A stretch of DNA of 64,000 bases from assembly GCA_963735595.1 (NCBI GenBank), contig CAVTLK010000004.1, positions 128,001 through 192,000 of the forward strand, written 5' to 3'. Of this stretch, positions 28,967 to 39,704 are shown piece by piece (position 1 is the first letter of the stretch; every line of letters begins with the position of its first letter). A model generated the notes under the pieces. That model worked only from the letters and a program-made list of their open reading frames with translations, made no database searches and was not told the DNA's origin. A program made the translations under genes and the position numbers. This stretch comes from an uncultured delta proteobacterium. Lineage in GTDB: Bacteria; Desulfobacterota; Zymogenia; Zymogenales; Zymogenaceae.

Positions 28967-29251
28967 CTACTTCTTGAAAAGCGCCTCGAGCCGTGCCCTG
29001 GCAACGTCCGTCTCTCCTCCGGAGGTTGCCGTCCTTCGCGCTACCTTGAACCGGAAGAAATCGCAGAAGTTGTTCTTTTCCTTCTCCCCTACCCACTCGC
29101 TCTGGGGTTCACGGCATTCGTTATAGCTCCCCCGATCGTAGAAGACGCAGTTAAGGCAGGTGTGCAGGTCGGCCCCGCACGAGGCGCAGACGTCACGAAT
29201 CGACACGTAGTCGGAAATAACCGGCTCTCCACACTTATGGCAGCGTTTCAT
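28967..29251 (-). CDS. Small Cys-rich (zinc-ribbon-like) hypothetical protein
   Basis: CHKC, CASC, CLNC, C...FCDFF and ARARLEALFKK tail. Confidence 0.75.
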   Translation of the reverse strand: MKRCHKCGEPVISDYVSIRDVCASCGADLHTCLNCVFYDRGSYNECREPQSEWVGEKEKNNFCDFFRFKVARRTATSGGETDVARARLEALFKK

Positions 29252-29438
29252 AGGGTGTGCAGTATAGCAGTGGGGTTTATGCCAAGAAAACTGTCTCGAC
29301 TGTCAAAGGGATTATTATCAACACGGTAGTATCGGGGGCACCCGATCCGTAACCGGGGATATAGGGTGATTGTTATACGACCCGGGAAGGGTTGTCAACA
29401 AAAAAATACAAAAATTTTGGTGGGGTGGGTTTTAATTC

Positions 29439-29467
29439 TTGACTGATTGGTCAATCTATGCTATGAA
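29439..29467 (+). promoter_or_regulatory. TetR-type operator palindrome overlapping the -35 of the thiolase-like operon promoter
   Basis: TTGACTGATTGGTCAA (TTGAC-N6-GTCAA); TTGACT-17 nt-TATGAA with an extended TG. Confidence 0.6.
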
Positions 29468-29577
29468 GAGGCACGGTGGGTCGATCGAGTCTTCCTGTAG
29501 CATACCGCCCGCCGACTGGCAGCAAAGTCTTCTCATGGAACGGTTTTTTTCATCCAAAACCTAGGGGAGGTATGTAT

Positions 29578-30753
29578 ATGCTTCGAAACGTAGCCATCGT
29601 CAGCGCCCATCAGACGAAATTTGACGGGAATAAGGCCGACGAGCGCTTTCAGGAGATGTGCTGGCCCCTGGTAAAGAAGTGCATGACGGATACGGGTTTG
29701 GTTTTCGTCCCCGGCAGGGGAATCGATTTTGCCATTACCTGCTCTGACGACTTCTTCGACCAGCGAACCATCTCCGACGGTCCGATGGGGGACCTTGTCG
29801 GCGCCGGCAGGTGGGGTGGTGAGGAAAAGGTGGCCTCGGACGGCACAATGGCGGTTCTCTACGCGGCCGCCGGAATTGCCTCCGGCCACTATGACGTTGT
29901 TATCGTCCTGGCCCACGCTAAGGAGTCACAGGTAGACTCGCGAAACATCGTCACCTTCCATGCATTCGATCCCTTTTATTCCCGCTTCCTCGGCATGGAC
30001 TATACCAAGGCCCTCGGCCTCCAGGCCGACTCTTATCTGAAGAAATGGGAAATATCCGAAGAGCGGATTGCCGCCATTCCCGTGCGGGCGGCCAGGAACG
30101 GGAAGAATAACCCGCTGGCGCTGCGCACCGGGGATATTACCGCGGCCGACGTCATGAAATCAAAACCGGTCTCTTCCCCCATCAAGGAGCTCGACCTCTA
30201 TCCCGTGAGCGATGGCGCCGTCTGTATGATCCTGGCCGAAGAGACCAAGGCCCGGGCGCTTACCGACAAACCCGTCTGGATCACGGGCTTCGGCAACTGC
30301 TACGACTCCTATTTCCTCGGCGACCGCAACCTATGGGAAACGACCAGCTTAACGCGAGCGTCCCGGGCCGCCTATCGGACGGCCGGCATTACCAACCCGG
30401 CCGAGGAGCTGGACGTGGCTGAGATCAGCGTTCAGGCCGGCTACCAGGAACCCCTCTGGTACGAGGGTCTTGGATGGGCCGAGCAGGGAAAGGGCATGGA
30501 GCTCTTCGAGAAGGGCGACACCGATATGAAGGGCAAGCTCCCGGTCAATCCCTCCGGCGGGCAGCTCTGCGGTAATCCGCTCCTCCTTTCCGGCGCCGTC
30601 CGAACGACCGAATGTTTCCTGCAGCTGCGCAACGAGGCCGGCAAACGCCAGGTCAAGGGCGCCAAGAGGGCGCTTGCCCACGGCGTGGCGGGACCGGCCG
30701 GGCAATTCCACGCGGTATTGATCCTCGGCAACGATGAGGGAGGGAAAAAATGA
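29578..30753 (+). CDS. SCP2-thiolase-fold protein, Ltp4-like (no catalytic Cys)
   Basis: VAIV..HQTKF, PVSDGAVCMIL, LPVNPSGG, ALAHG; EEKVASDG where thiolases carry the nucleophilic Cys. Confidence 0.85.
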   Translation: MLRNVAIVSAHQTKFDGNKADERFQEMCWPLVKKCMTDTGLVFVPGRGIDFAITCSDDFFDQRTISDGPMGDLVGAGRWGGEEKVASDGTMAVLYAAAGIASGHYDVVIVLAHAKESQVDSRNIVTFHAFDPFYSRFLGMDYTKALGLQADSYLKKWEISEERIAAIPVRAARNGKNNPLALRTGDITAADVMKSKPVSSPIKELDLYPVSDGAVCMILAEETKARALTDKPVWITGFGNCYDSYFLGDRNLWETTSLTRASRAAYRTAGITNPAEELDVAEISVQAGYQEPLWYEGLGWAEQGKGMELFEKGDTDMKGKLPVNPSGGQLCGNPLLLSGAVRTTECFLQLRNEAGKRQVKGAKRALAHGVAGPAGQFHAVLILGNDEGGKK

Positions 30754-31916
30754 AAAAATCACGAAACGTAGCCATAGCCGGAATCGGCCAGACCAAACAC
30801 CGCGGTCACCGGGAAGACGTCAACATCGCCGAGCTCATCTCCGAGTCGGTGGAGGAGGTGTTGGCGGACTCGATGGTGGATATTTCCGACATAGACGCGA
30901 TCGTCCACGGAAATATGGAGCTGTTTGAGGGCATTCACCAGCCGGACATGTGGCACGTGATAGCCGACGGCGCCTACGGCAAGGCCGGCTACCGCATAAC
31001 CACCGGCGGTACGACCGGCGCTACGCTGGTATCGGCGGCCGACCACCTTGTCGCCTCCGGAATGCACGACCTGGTGCTGGCCATCGGGTTCGAGAAGCAG
31101 GAAGAGGGGATGACCACCACCGGTATCACCAATATGTCCTGCCCGTTATGGGACCGCGAGGTCCAGACCGGCGCAATAACCGGGACCACGGGCGTCATTA
31201 TGATGAACAAGTACGGCCAGAAGGCCGAGGAGGCCGCCGCGGAGCTGCGCGTCCTCATGGCTACCAACGCCCGAAAGAACTTCAAGGCCCACCTGAGGCT
31301 CGACATCACCAGGAAGGACGTCCTGGAGTCCCGCGTGCTGGCCTGGCCGCTGAGGCTCTTGCACATGTGCCCCGAGTCCAACGGCGCCTGCGCGATGCTG
31401 TTTGCCTCGGAAGAGATGGCAAAGAAGCTGCCCCAGAAGAAGGTCTGGATGCACGATCACGTCACGGTACACCGTCAGGAGTTCTTTGATTTTGCGCATA
31501 TCGAAGACCTCAATACCCACGGCGAGGCCGCGCGCGTCCTTTACACGCGAAACGGCATCGTCAATCCAATCAAGCAGATCGGGGTATTCGAGATGTATGA
31601 TCCGTCCAGCTGGTGGGCACTGGACTGGCTGGGCAAGTTCCTCTTTATGGAAAACGGCGAGCAGATCGATATGGTTCTCAACGGCGATTTTGCAATCGAC
31701 GGCAAGTTCCCCGTCAACCCGTCCGGGGGCGTGGTCTCCACCAACCCCATCGGTGCCACCGCCATGATCCGGGTGGCCGAGGCGGCGCTTCAGATCAGAG
31801 GGGACGCCGACGACCACCAGGTGCCCAGGGACATCGACCTGGCTCTGGCCTCGGGTTTCGGCGGTACCTTCTGGACGGTGCTGCACCTGCTGGGTAAGGA
31901 CAAGCCCAACCACTAA
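30750..31916 (+). CDS. SCP2-thiolase-fold protein, Ltp3-like
   Basis: VAIAGIGQTK, TGGTTG in place of CASG, GFEKQ, FEMYDP, PVNPSGGVVSTNPIGATAMIR; ATGA overlap with the upstream gene. Confidence 0.87.
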   Translation: MKKSRNVAIAGIGQTKHRGHREDVNIAELISESVEEVLADSMVDISDIDAIVHGNMELFEGIHQPDMWHVIADGAYGKAGYRITTGGTTGATLVSAADHLVASGMHDLVLAIGFEKQEEGMTTTGITNMSCPLWDREVQTGAITGTTGVIMMNKYGQKAEEAAAELRVLMATNARKNFKAHLRLDITRKDVLESRVLAWPLRLLHMCPESNGACAMLFASEEMAKKLPQKKVWMHDHVTVHRQEFFDFAHIEDLNTHGEAARVLYTRNGIVNPIKQIGVFEMYDPSSWWALDWLGKFLFMENGEQIDMVLNGDFAIDGKFPVNPSGGVVSTNPIGATAMIRVAEAALQIRGDADDHQVPRDIDLALASGFGGTFWTVLHLLGKDKPNH

Positions 31917-31934
31917 CGGAAAAAGGAGTACGCT

Positions 31935-32411
31935 ATGGCTACCAAGACCGATAAAGAGGGACGGGAACTCGTTGAGATCCGATACGAGATGGGGATCCCC
32001 GGCACCTTCGCCAAGGGGCCCATCATGGGCTACTTCCTGGAAAAACTGAAAGAAAAAGAACTCTGGGGCACCCGTTGCGGGAAGTGCTACAACGTCATCT
32101 TCCCCCCCCGGGTCCTGTGCCCCAAATGCATGGTGGATATGGCAGAATGGGTCAGAATGGAAGACTACGCCCATATCGTTACCTTCGATGTAGTTCATTT
32201 CCCCACCATTAATCCCCTGACCGGTGAAATGCGGCCCGTTCCGTACACGTCGCTCTTTATCGTATTTCCCAACGGCGCGGGTTTTTTCCACTTTTGCCTG
32301 GAGACCGATCACGAAAAGATCAAGCCGGGTAAGAAAGTTACACCCGTCTGGGCGGACAAACGGGAAGGCCGCCCCGCCGACCTCAAGGGTTGGGTTTTGG
32401 CCGAAGAATAA
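31935..32411 (+). CDS. DUF35 Zn-ribbon/OB-fold protein
   Basis: GTRCGKC..VIFPPRVLCPKC followed by an OB-fold segment. Confidence 0.88.
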   Translation: MATKTDKEGRELVEIRYEMGIPGTFAKGPIMGYFLEKLKEKELWGTRCGKCYNVIFPPRVLCPKCMVDMAEWVRMEDYAHIVTFDVVHFPTINPLTGEMRPVPYTSLFIVFPNGAGFFHFCLETDHEKIKPGKKVTPVWADKREGRPADLKGWVLAEE

Positions 32412-32423
32412 GGGAGGAATTCG

Positions 32424-32903
32424 ATGTTTACACCAGAAAAATTACCGGTCGATAAAAAATATTGCGGCGGTAAGCGGGGCCTCATGAGCATCCCGTACCG
32501 CTATTATGCCGGTCTCTTCCTCAGTAAAGCCCTCATCGCCCTCAGGGACGAAAAGAAGATACTGGCCTCCCGCTGCCCGCGCTGCGGCAAGATATTTATG
32601 CCCCCGCGGTCCCGTTGCGAGCGGGACTTCGCCAAGATCACGGAGCTGATCCCTGTGGGACCCGGCGGCGTGGTCGAGGAATTCACCGTCGTCCATTATG
32701 ACGAGCCCTATTTCCTGGAGAAGTGCGAGAAGATGATGAAGGCCCCCTTCACCATGGCCCTCATCAAGCTCGACGGCGCGGATACGAAGTTGCTTCACCG
32801 TATCAAAGGGACGGATATCAAGCGGGGAGACCGCGTTAAACCCAAGTGGGCCGATGAGCGGTCTGCGGCAATCACCGATATCGAGTGGTTCGAGAAGGGA
32901 TAG
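32424..32903 (+). CDS. DUF35 Zn-ribbon/OB-fold protein
   Basis: ASRCPRCGKIFMPPRSRCERD, ALIKLDGADT, ITDIEWF. Confidence 0.88.
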   Translation: MFTPEKLPVDKKYCGGKRGLMSIPYRYYAGLFLSKALIALRDEKKILASRCPRCGKIFMPPRSRCERDFAKITELIPVGPGGVVEEFTVVHYDEPYFLEKCEKMMKAPFTMALIKLDGADTKLLHRIKGTDIKRGDRVKPKWADERSAAITDIEWFEKG

Positions 32904-32918
32904 GACACCGTTAATTGT

Positions 32919-32962
32919 AAAAGCAGGGGCGCTCGTGATCGATTCGAGCGCCCCTTGCTTTT
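32919..32962 (+). terminator. Rho-independent terminator
   Basis: AAAAGCAGGGGCGCTCG...CGAGCGCCCCTTGCTTTT. Confidence 0.75.
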
Positions 32963-33055
32963 GCCTGCACTACTTCTCAACCATTCGTACGGGCGCTTCC
33001 CTGCAAGCGGCCCGCAGCGGCGGAAGAACGACAGTGAGACGGCGCGGTGAATGTC

Positions 33056-33097
33056 CATTGGCCATTGGTCATTGGTCATTGGCTATTGGCTATTGGA
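33056..33097. repeat. Heptamer tandem repeat (YATTGGH)x6
   Basis: CATTGGC CATTGGT CATTGGT CATTGGC TATTGGC TATTGGA. Confidence 0.85.
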
Positions 33098-33372
33098 TAT
33101 AACCGTCATGCCGAAGATAACTGAAACCGATACGCATCATCGCAACGGGCACCATACCCCACGATACCCTGCCGGTATACAACCTTACCCTTATAACGGA
33201 AACGCGAAAGGGGCACCCGCACCGGGACTAAAGGGGGGGTTAATTAATCCCCCTTGACTGATAGCGTTTATATTGTATACTATTAAACTGTGTAATAATA
33301 TTCATGTGAATAGACATTTATACAAACAATTGATACCGGACTGCAAATTCCTCACATTTGGGGGACGTCGCC

Positions 33373-35240
33373 GTGAAAGAAAAAACCATCGAGATTCTCC
33401 TCGTTGAGGACGATCGCGGATACGCCAAGCTCGTCACCGAGATGACCAAGAGCGTCAACGGGGCGACTATCGTTGTTTTCCACGCCACGCTCATCATGGA
33501 AGGCAATATCGGTGCTGGCAGAAAAGAAAATCGACGTGGTATTGCTGGACCTGACACTTCCCGACAGCGAGGGTATAGACACGTTCCTCAGGCTTAAGGG
33601 TGTGGTCCCGGAGATACCGATTGTAGTGCTGACCGGCCGTGAAGATGAGGGGCTCGCCTTTTCCGCGTTAAGTACGGTGCGCAGGATTACTCTTCAAGAC
33701 GGAAATGCGCCCCCCCCTGCTGATCCGCTCATTGCGATACGCCATCGAACGCAAGCGGTCCTCAAGAGGCTCTCAAAAGGGCGTATGATCTCTTGGAGCA
33801 GAAGGGTCGAAGGAGCGTACCACGGATCTCGTGCGCATCAACGAACAACTCAAGAAAGAGATGCAGGAGAAACGGCGGGCCGAGGAGTCTCTCGGTGAAA
33901 GCGAGAAGCTGTTCCGGGCAACGATAGAATCCACCGGCGACGGCATTTTTGTTGTAAACGAGAACGGCCAGGTCACCCACAAGAACGCCCGGTTTGCCGA
34001 GCTCTGGCGCATCCCGGAGGAGGTCCTGGCGACAAAAGACGACGACGATCTCCTCGCGTTCCTGTATAAGCATCTGGAAGACGCCCCGTCGTTCCTCGCG
34101 AAGGCCAGGGAGCTCACCCATACCACCAAACACTCGTCACGATATTCTCACCACATCGACGGGAAGGATCTTTGAACGATATACCAATCCTCTCACCAGG
34201 GACGGCAAGTACGCGGGACGGGTCTGGAACTTTCGAGACGTCACGGATCGCGTAAGGCTCAAAAGAAGCCTTGCCGAAAACGAGCAGCGATTTCGCGGAA
34301 TCGCCGAGCGTAGCTTCGATATCATCTACGAAACCGACAGAACCGGCGCACTCACTTACATCTCTCCGGCCACTATCGGCTGACCGGATGGACGTCGGAT
34401 GAGCTTATCGGCAGGGCCATGTCCGAACTTCGCGACGCAGACGAACACCCATGTCGCCGTTCATTGGATGGACCGGGTGCTCGGCGGTATGAACGTCGAG
34501 GCGATTCAGGTGCTCTGGATGTAAGAAGGACGGAAACACGGCCACGTTCGAGATCAACGCCTCGCCGATTTTCAAGGGAAACACCGTAATCGGGAGCATG
34601 GGCATCGCCCGCGATGTCTCGGAGCGAATCCAGATGCAGGAGAAGCTCTGGATGGTTTCACAGACCGACCAGCTCACGGGACTATTCGCTCAGCGTTATT
34701 TCTACAGGCCGTCGGGGATGAGATCAAGCGGGCAAAGCGACTACCGTACCCGTTGTCCCTCATGCTTATGGACGTTGAGGATTTCTCCTCCTTCAACCAG
34801 ACGAACGGACGCAAGCGTGGCGACGAGATGCTCACGGGGATCGGGGCACTATCCGTTCGGCGGTGTATTCGAAAAGACACGGACATCCCCTGCCGTTACG
34901 GAGGCGATGAGTTCGCCGTTATCTTGCCCAACGCGGACAAGACCGGAGGCGCCGTGGTGGCGGGCGTATTCGGGAGCGGGCGGCACGCAGGATCGGCGGC
35001 ATCGAGCTGCGGTCGGTATCGCGGAGCTTAACGGCAGCCTTTCTCCGGACGACTTCGTCTCCGAGGCCGAAAAGGCCTTAAAGCTGCAGACGGTATTCCA
35101 CGAAAAGACGGCGGGCAAGATCATCGTGATCGATAAGGCCAAGGGGAAGAAGTCCCAACAGCGGGCGGCCCGTTTTCCCCCGCCGATCGGCCCTCCGGTG
35201 CCGGTTTCGTTGAGACGGGCCTGGCTGCGCGTCTACTCGC
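33373..35240 (+). CDS. REC-PAS-PAS-GGDEF diguanylate cyclase-like gene, multiply frameshifted (3' end approximate)
   Basis: Consecutive frames give ILLVEDD, VLLDLTLPDSEG, PAS (ESTGDGI, RVWNFRDVT, GIARDVSER), TDQLTGL and CRYGGDEFAVILP. Confidence 0.75.
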
Positions 35241-35833
35241 TTAGGTCTTTTGCCCCACATCTTTCTGCTTCCCGCTCAAGAGCCCGATCTGGACGTCGCC
35301 CGCGCGGATCGGCCCGGATGATCGAGTCCTTATCACGATCGCAGTTCACCTCTATCCAGGTCTTGCCGCACGAATGCTCGTCGTGGGCATCGTCGCGTGG
35401 CAATCTTGACGATCGGTATCTCCGGCGTGTCGTAGGCGGCGGTGTAAAAACCGCTGCAGGTCACCTCCATGGCGTCAAGCGGCGCCGGTCCCTCACGGTT
35501 GAATATCTCGATGCGCCGGTTGACCTCCTTGATGGGCAGCCGGTACTGATCGGGGTGGCAGAGAACATAAAGGGTCTCGAGGTCCCCTTTGATCTCCAGA
35601 ACGTGGTGATAATAGAGGAATTTCGGCTCCAGCTCGATCCCTTCGAACACCATGATCCCGTCGACTTCCAGCGGAAAGAGCTCCTTATAGGCCGGTTTGA
35701 GGAGATATTCGTGGTCGGTTATCGCAATAAAGTCAAAATCCAGGTCACGGTAGAATCCGGCCATCTGTTGCGGGCTGAAATGCCCGTCGGAATAGGTCGT
35801 GTGAACGTGAAGATTTCCTTTTAAGTACGGCAT
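35241..35833 (-). CDS. PHP-domain metallo-phosphoesterase (frameshifted near C terminus)
   Basis: LKGNLHVHTTYSDG, AITDH, GIE, CHP. Confidence 0.75.
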
Positions 35834-36344
35834 ATGCTCTCTGGAAGCGGAAAAAATATTGTGTTACTACCTTCGCCGAAAGACGGCCGGGAGACCAGGA
35901 TTCCTTCGTCTATCATTCGGGCCGGCTTAATCGTCTGCCGATCGACTGCCGGGAATCGCTGCCGATCGATCATGGCCGATACCGCTTACCCGGGCGCTCG
36001 AGTTTCCGGAACAATGCCCCTCGCAGAGCCCCGCCTTCAGCCGCATCCGGGCGTCGCCGGTCGACCGCATCAACATAACGGGATAGTACCATCGAATCGA
36101 GCGAAAAATACAGGTTTTTTTCACTTTCGGACCACCTTCCGGCGTTTGTCCCCGTCAGTACTTCATCTCCTCATTTTTCTTGACAATATTTACGGCCTTG
36201 TGCTATATTCCCGTTTTGAATGAGCATTCATTCATGCGGGAGGGATGGGGGCGACTGTCCGGGGCAACGACGAGGGGGCGCCTCAGAACCGGGGTTGCCG
36301 GGAAGGTCGTGGGGCGGGGAAGAGGCGCCGGGCGGGGAGGGTCG

Positions 36345-36605
36345 GTGGAGGAAGAAAAGAAACGGTTCATCAGGCAGCTCTTCCTCTTGAGCAGCACCGG
36401 GCTCTCGATGGTCCTGGCAATATTCATCGGCCTGGCCTTCGGGGTCTTCCTTGGACGGGAAGCTCGATACACGCCGTCCTGGTTTACGCTGATATTTCTC
36501 GGCCTCGGTATTATCGCCGGCTTTCGTAATATATTTTGGTTTATCAGGCATTATGGAACCGCAGACGACAAAAAGGACAAGAAAGGAGACGGGCAGGATG
36601 ATTGA
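36345..36605 (+). CDS. atpZ: AtpZ/AtpQ family ATP synthase-associated protein
   Basis: Two TM helices (GLSMVLAIFIGLAFG; WFTLIFLGLGIIAGFRN), first gene of the F0 cluster; GTG start after GGAGG. Confidence 0.8.
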   Translation: MEEEKKRFIRQLFLLSSTGLSMVLAIFIGLAFGVFLGREARYTPSWFTLIFLGLGIIAGFRNIFWFIRHYGTADDKKDKKGDGQDD

Positions 36606-36992
36606 ATCCTACGCCCGGGAGCTCATCGAGGCCGGCAGCCTCGTCATGCTGCTTTTGCTCATCCTGTTGGGCGTTCTTGCTCAGATCATATACCTTTGCG
36701 CTGGGAATCTTTGTCGGGGGAATTAGTCGCCGTTATCAACCACTACGGCCTATACAAATCCCTCCGATCGGTCCTCTCGGCGGCCGCCGAGCGCGGCGAG
36801 AAAGGCGGGGCGCCGCAGACCCTCTTTGCCTTCTACGTCAGGCTGCTGTTTTCGGGCATCGTTATCTTCCTGGCACTGAGGGCCGGCTTTGCCGATCCCA
36901 TCGGCATCCTCGTCGGCGCTTCGGTGGTGGTGGTCAACAGCCTTATCGTCGGACTGGCGATATTCATTACGGATAGAGGAGCTAACGGATAG
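36598..36992 (+). CDS. atpI: ATP synthase protein I (frameshifted)
   Basis: Hydrophobic segments across frames ending FYVRLLFSG...DPIGILVGASVVVV; lies between atpZ and atpB. Confidence 0.7.
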
Positions 36993-37667
36993 ATGGAACA
37001 CCCAATTCTCCTGCTGGACTTTTTTCATATACCCGGGATGGAACACGCTCCCCATATCACCTATACGTGGCTCATCATGATCGTCCTGATCGGTCTGTCG
37101 TATCTGGCGATGCGACAGGCCTCTATCGTGCCCAACCCGGTGCAGAACGTCATCGAACTGGTGATGCTGGGCTTGAACAACCTCATTAAGGATACCATGG
37201 GCGAAAAGGGAAAGCCCTTCATCCCGCTGTTGGTGGCGGAGGCCTTTTTCATCTTCACCGCCAACATGATCGGCATCATCCCCGGGTTCCACTCCCCGAC
37301 GGCCGATCTCAACACCACCGCCGCGATGGCGATGGTGGTCTTCGTGCTGACCCATATCATCGGCGTCAAGAACCCATGGTTTCAAATATATCAAGTCCTT
37401 TATGGGTCCGGTCTGGTGGCTGACCCCGCTGTTTATTCCCGGTCGAGATTATCAGCCATCTCTCCCGGCCGCTGTCTCTTTCGGTGCGGCTTTTCGGCAA
37501 CATCCGGGGCGAAGACCTGGTCTTTTTCATCCTGCTTGGTGCTCGTCCCGTACCTCATACCGCTTCCGATCCTGCTGTTGATGATCCTCACGAGCGTGCT
37601 GCAGACCTTCGTCTTCGTGCTGCTGACGATGCTCTATATCAGCGGCGCATTGGAGGAAGCCCACTAA
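36993..37667 (+). CDS. atpB: F0F1 ATP synthase subunit a (internal compensating frameshifts)
   Basis: [30 protein letters not shown] (in the alternate frame), [14 protein letters not shown]. Confidence 0.9.
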   Translation: MEHPILLLDFFHIPGMEHAPHITYTWLIMIVLIGLSYLAMRQASIVPNPVQNVIELVMLGLNNLIKDTMGEKGKPFIPLLVAEAFFIFTANMIGIIPGFHSPTADLNTTAAMAMVVFVLTHIIGVKNPWFQIYQVLYGSGLVADPAVYSRSRLSAISPGRCLFRCGFSATSGAKTWSFSSCLVLVPYLIPLPILLLMILTSVLQTFVFVLLTMLYISGALEEAH

Positions 37668-37703
37668 TGCAAAAATGACAACCAGAAAGAAAGGAGATCT
37701 TTG

Positions 37704-38152
37704 ATGGGTAAAAAGTCTATTATGACGGTTCTTGTTCTACTATTCTTTTTGATGACTGCGGCCGTTGTCCTGGCGCAGACGGAAACGGAGACGACAGAGC
37801 CGGCCGTTACCGAGGAAGAAACCGAGGCGGAAGCGCCGGCACCGCGGGCGCTCTTGATCCTAATTACACGATCTATTTCGCGCTGTCCGTTCTCGGGGCC
37901 GGTCTTGCTATCGGGCTTGGGGCCTGCGGCACCGGCGTTGGTATGGGCTCGGCCGTCCGCGGGGCGCTGGAAGGCGCCGCCAGAAACCCGGATACCTACG
38001 GAAGGCTGCTGACCACCATGATGATCGGTCTTGCCATGATCGAGTCTCTGGCTATTTACGCCCTGGTTATCGCGCTGATACTCCTGTACGCAAACCCGTT
38101 TGCGAAGTCTGTTCGGGGTATAGGCGAAACGCTGAAGACCGGTTTCTCGTAA
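37704..38152 (+). CDS. atpE: F0F1 ATP synthase subunit c with signal-peptide-like leader and acidic linker (frameshifted)
   Basis: GACGTGVGMG, ARNP, IGLAMIESLAIYALVIALILLYANP; leader MGKKSIM...VVLA then QTETETTEPAVTEEETEAE. Confidence 0.88.
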
Positions 38153-38154
38153 TC

Positions 38155-38194
38155 AAACCCCCGGTCAACGGTGAAAGCGCTTCCGGGGGTTTTT
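38155..38194. terminator. Rho-independent terminator
   Basis: AAACCCCCGG...CCGGGGGTTTTT. Confidence 0.7.
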
Positions 38195-38285
38195 GTCGGA
38201 CTTGCGTATCACGACGTATCATGACGGCCCGAGTCGGTATACCGCCTTCACGCCCGGAAATGGGCATCGATCGTGCCGACCGGCG

Positions 38286-38802
38286 TCAGAAAACAGAACG
38301 GCCGTCCTTTTTTTCAGGGCGGCCGTTTTCATCTCTCGGCGATCGCCGCGCCGCATAGATGCGCCTACGGCGGCCTTGTCTCATGTATGGATGAGCGCTA
38401 TTCTCCTTTGATTTTCGCTTCTTTTTCATCGTGATTTCCGCGGATACCCTGGCCCCTTGCTCGATCGACAGGCCCCGGTCGGTCGCAATCCGGCCGGCAA
38501 CGACGCCTTCCTTGATAATGGAAAGGCTCGCAGAATCGATCGTACCGTTCATCAGCCCGCCGAACACGACGCGTTCTCCCCGGATATCGCCCTCGATTTT
38601 CGTGCTCGGGACCGACATATATTTCCGTCTCGCGGCCCTTGCCCGTGATATTCCCCATCACCGAGGATCCGGAAAGGAGCGTCTTTCCGACAAAGGAGAC
38701 CTTTCCCTCGATAATGTTTCCGGGCCCGAGGTAGTTAAGAAACTCTATATCGCCGAAAAAACCGTCTCCAAACGACCTGTCTTCAGTCTTCTGCTCGTTC
38801 AT
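38286..38802 (-). CDS. Bactofilin (polymer-forming cytoskeletal protein), frameshifted; 3' end uncertain
   Basis: LGPGNIIEGKV, GNI, then IEGDI...GTI...VAGRI...LSIEQGA beta-helix rungs in the next frame. Confidence 0.75.
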
Positions 38803-38803
38803 A

Positions 38804-39166
38804 TTACGTGCTGGTCCTTTTTTCCTTCTTCTCGGATTCTGTCTTACAATTGATGCATAACGTCGTAACCGGCCTCACGTGTAGCCGCTCTTCACCGATT
38901 TCCTCGCCGCACTCCTCACATATACCGAAGGTTCCGTCCTCGATCCTGGCAAGGGCCTCTTTTATCTTGAGGATTAGCTTTCTCTCGCGATCTCGTATAC
39001 GTAATACGAAGTTCCGATCGGATTCATGGGAAGCGCGATCCGTCGGGTCAGGGAAATACTCCTTGGAATCGGTCATATCCGATACGGTGCTGTCGGCCTC
39101 GGTGAGGAGTTCCTGCAGGCGCTTCTCCAGGAGGTCCTTGAAATATTCGATCTTTTCCTTTTCCAT
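38804..39166 (-). CDS. dksA: RNA polymerase-binding protein DksA
   Basis: PDPTDRAS (DxxDxA), RDRERKL, CEECGEEI...RP...LCINC. Confidence 0.95.
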   Translation of the reverse strand: MEKEKIEYFKDLLEKRLQELLTEADSTVSDMTDSKEYFPDPTDRASHESDRNFVLRIRDRERKLILKIKEALARIEDGTFGICEECGEEIGEERLHVRPVTTLCINCKTESEKKEKRTST

Positions 39167-39704
39167 CCTCCGTTCCTCCTTCCCCCCTCAGACCCGAGTT
39201 CACTTCGTCCAAACCCATCGATGGGGCCGCGGTACGCCGTCTTATACCTCAGCTCGAATAGAGTGACTCGCCGCTAAACGGCGTTCGATTATCCGAAGCT
39301 CCTTCTTAAGAAGCCCGGTGACCATTTTACCGTATGCAATACCTTACGATTGGAGGAGCCTTACTTTATGCATTTAAATTGATAATTATACTCAATTCTC
39401 GTTACCAAGTCAATAAAAATAACTTTTGGCTGTGCGCTCTTCGATTGAAACGGCGGCTCTCCCCACCATATGTGCTGCCGGGATCGCGCCTTCGCCGATT
39501 CGCGAGATCAGGCAAGCTCCGGTTCGCACGCCTTTTTTTACTTTTTTCCCGGCGCGAGTCGTTTCGGGTCTCCCGTTTCCCCACGGAGGCGTCACTAATA
39601 TACGATCTTCTCGCACCAGTCGGCCCCGGAAACGGGCAAACGACGGCTGATGCCCGGCCCCTTTGGTCTTGACAAGACGGGGGCACTGACACATAATCAA
39701 TTCG

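Noticed and set aside
27599..29329. 576-aa plus-strand ORF, and similar long antisense ORFs (4852-6216, 7429-8850, 31146-32312, 49718-51256)
   Set aside because: Shadow frames opposite well-supported genes in GC-rich DNA, with no motifs of their own.
33056..33097. Short repeats as a CRISPR array
   Set aside because: Contiguous 7-bp units without spacers; no cas genes.
36345..38152. F0-only atp cluster lacking b, delta and the F1 genes
   Set aside because: A split atp operon is normal for deltaproteobacteria; the rest is expected elsewhere.
39170..39700. Long intergenic regions (also 20265-20450, 35840-36340, 59450-59820) as riboswitches or ncRNAs
   Set aside because: No recognisable conserved RNA motif by eye; an Rfam/Infernal scan would be needed to decide.
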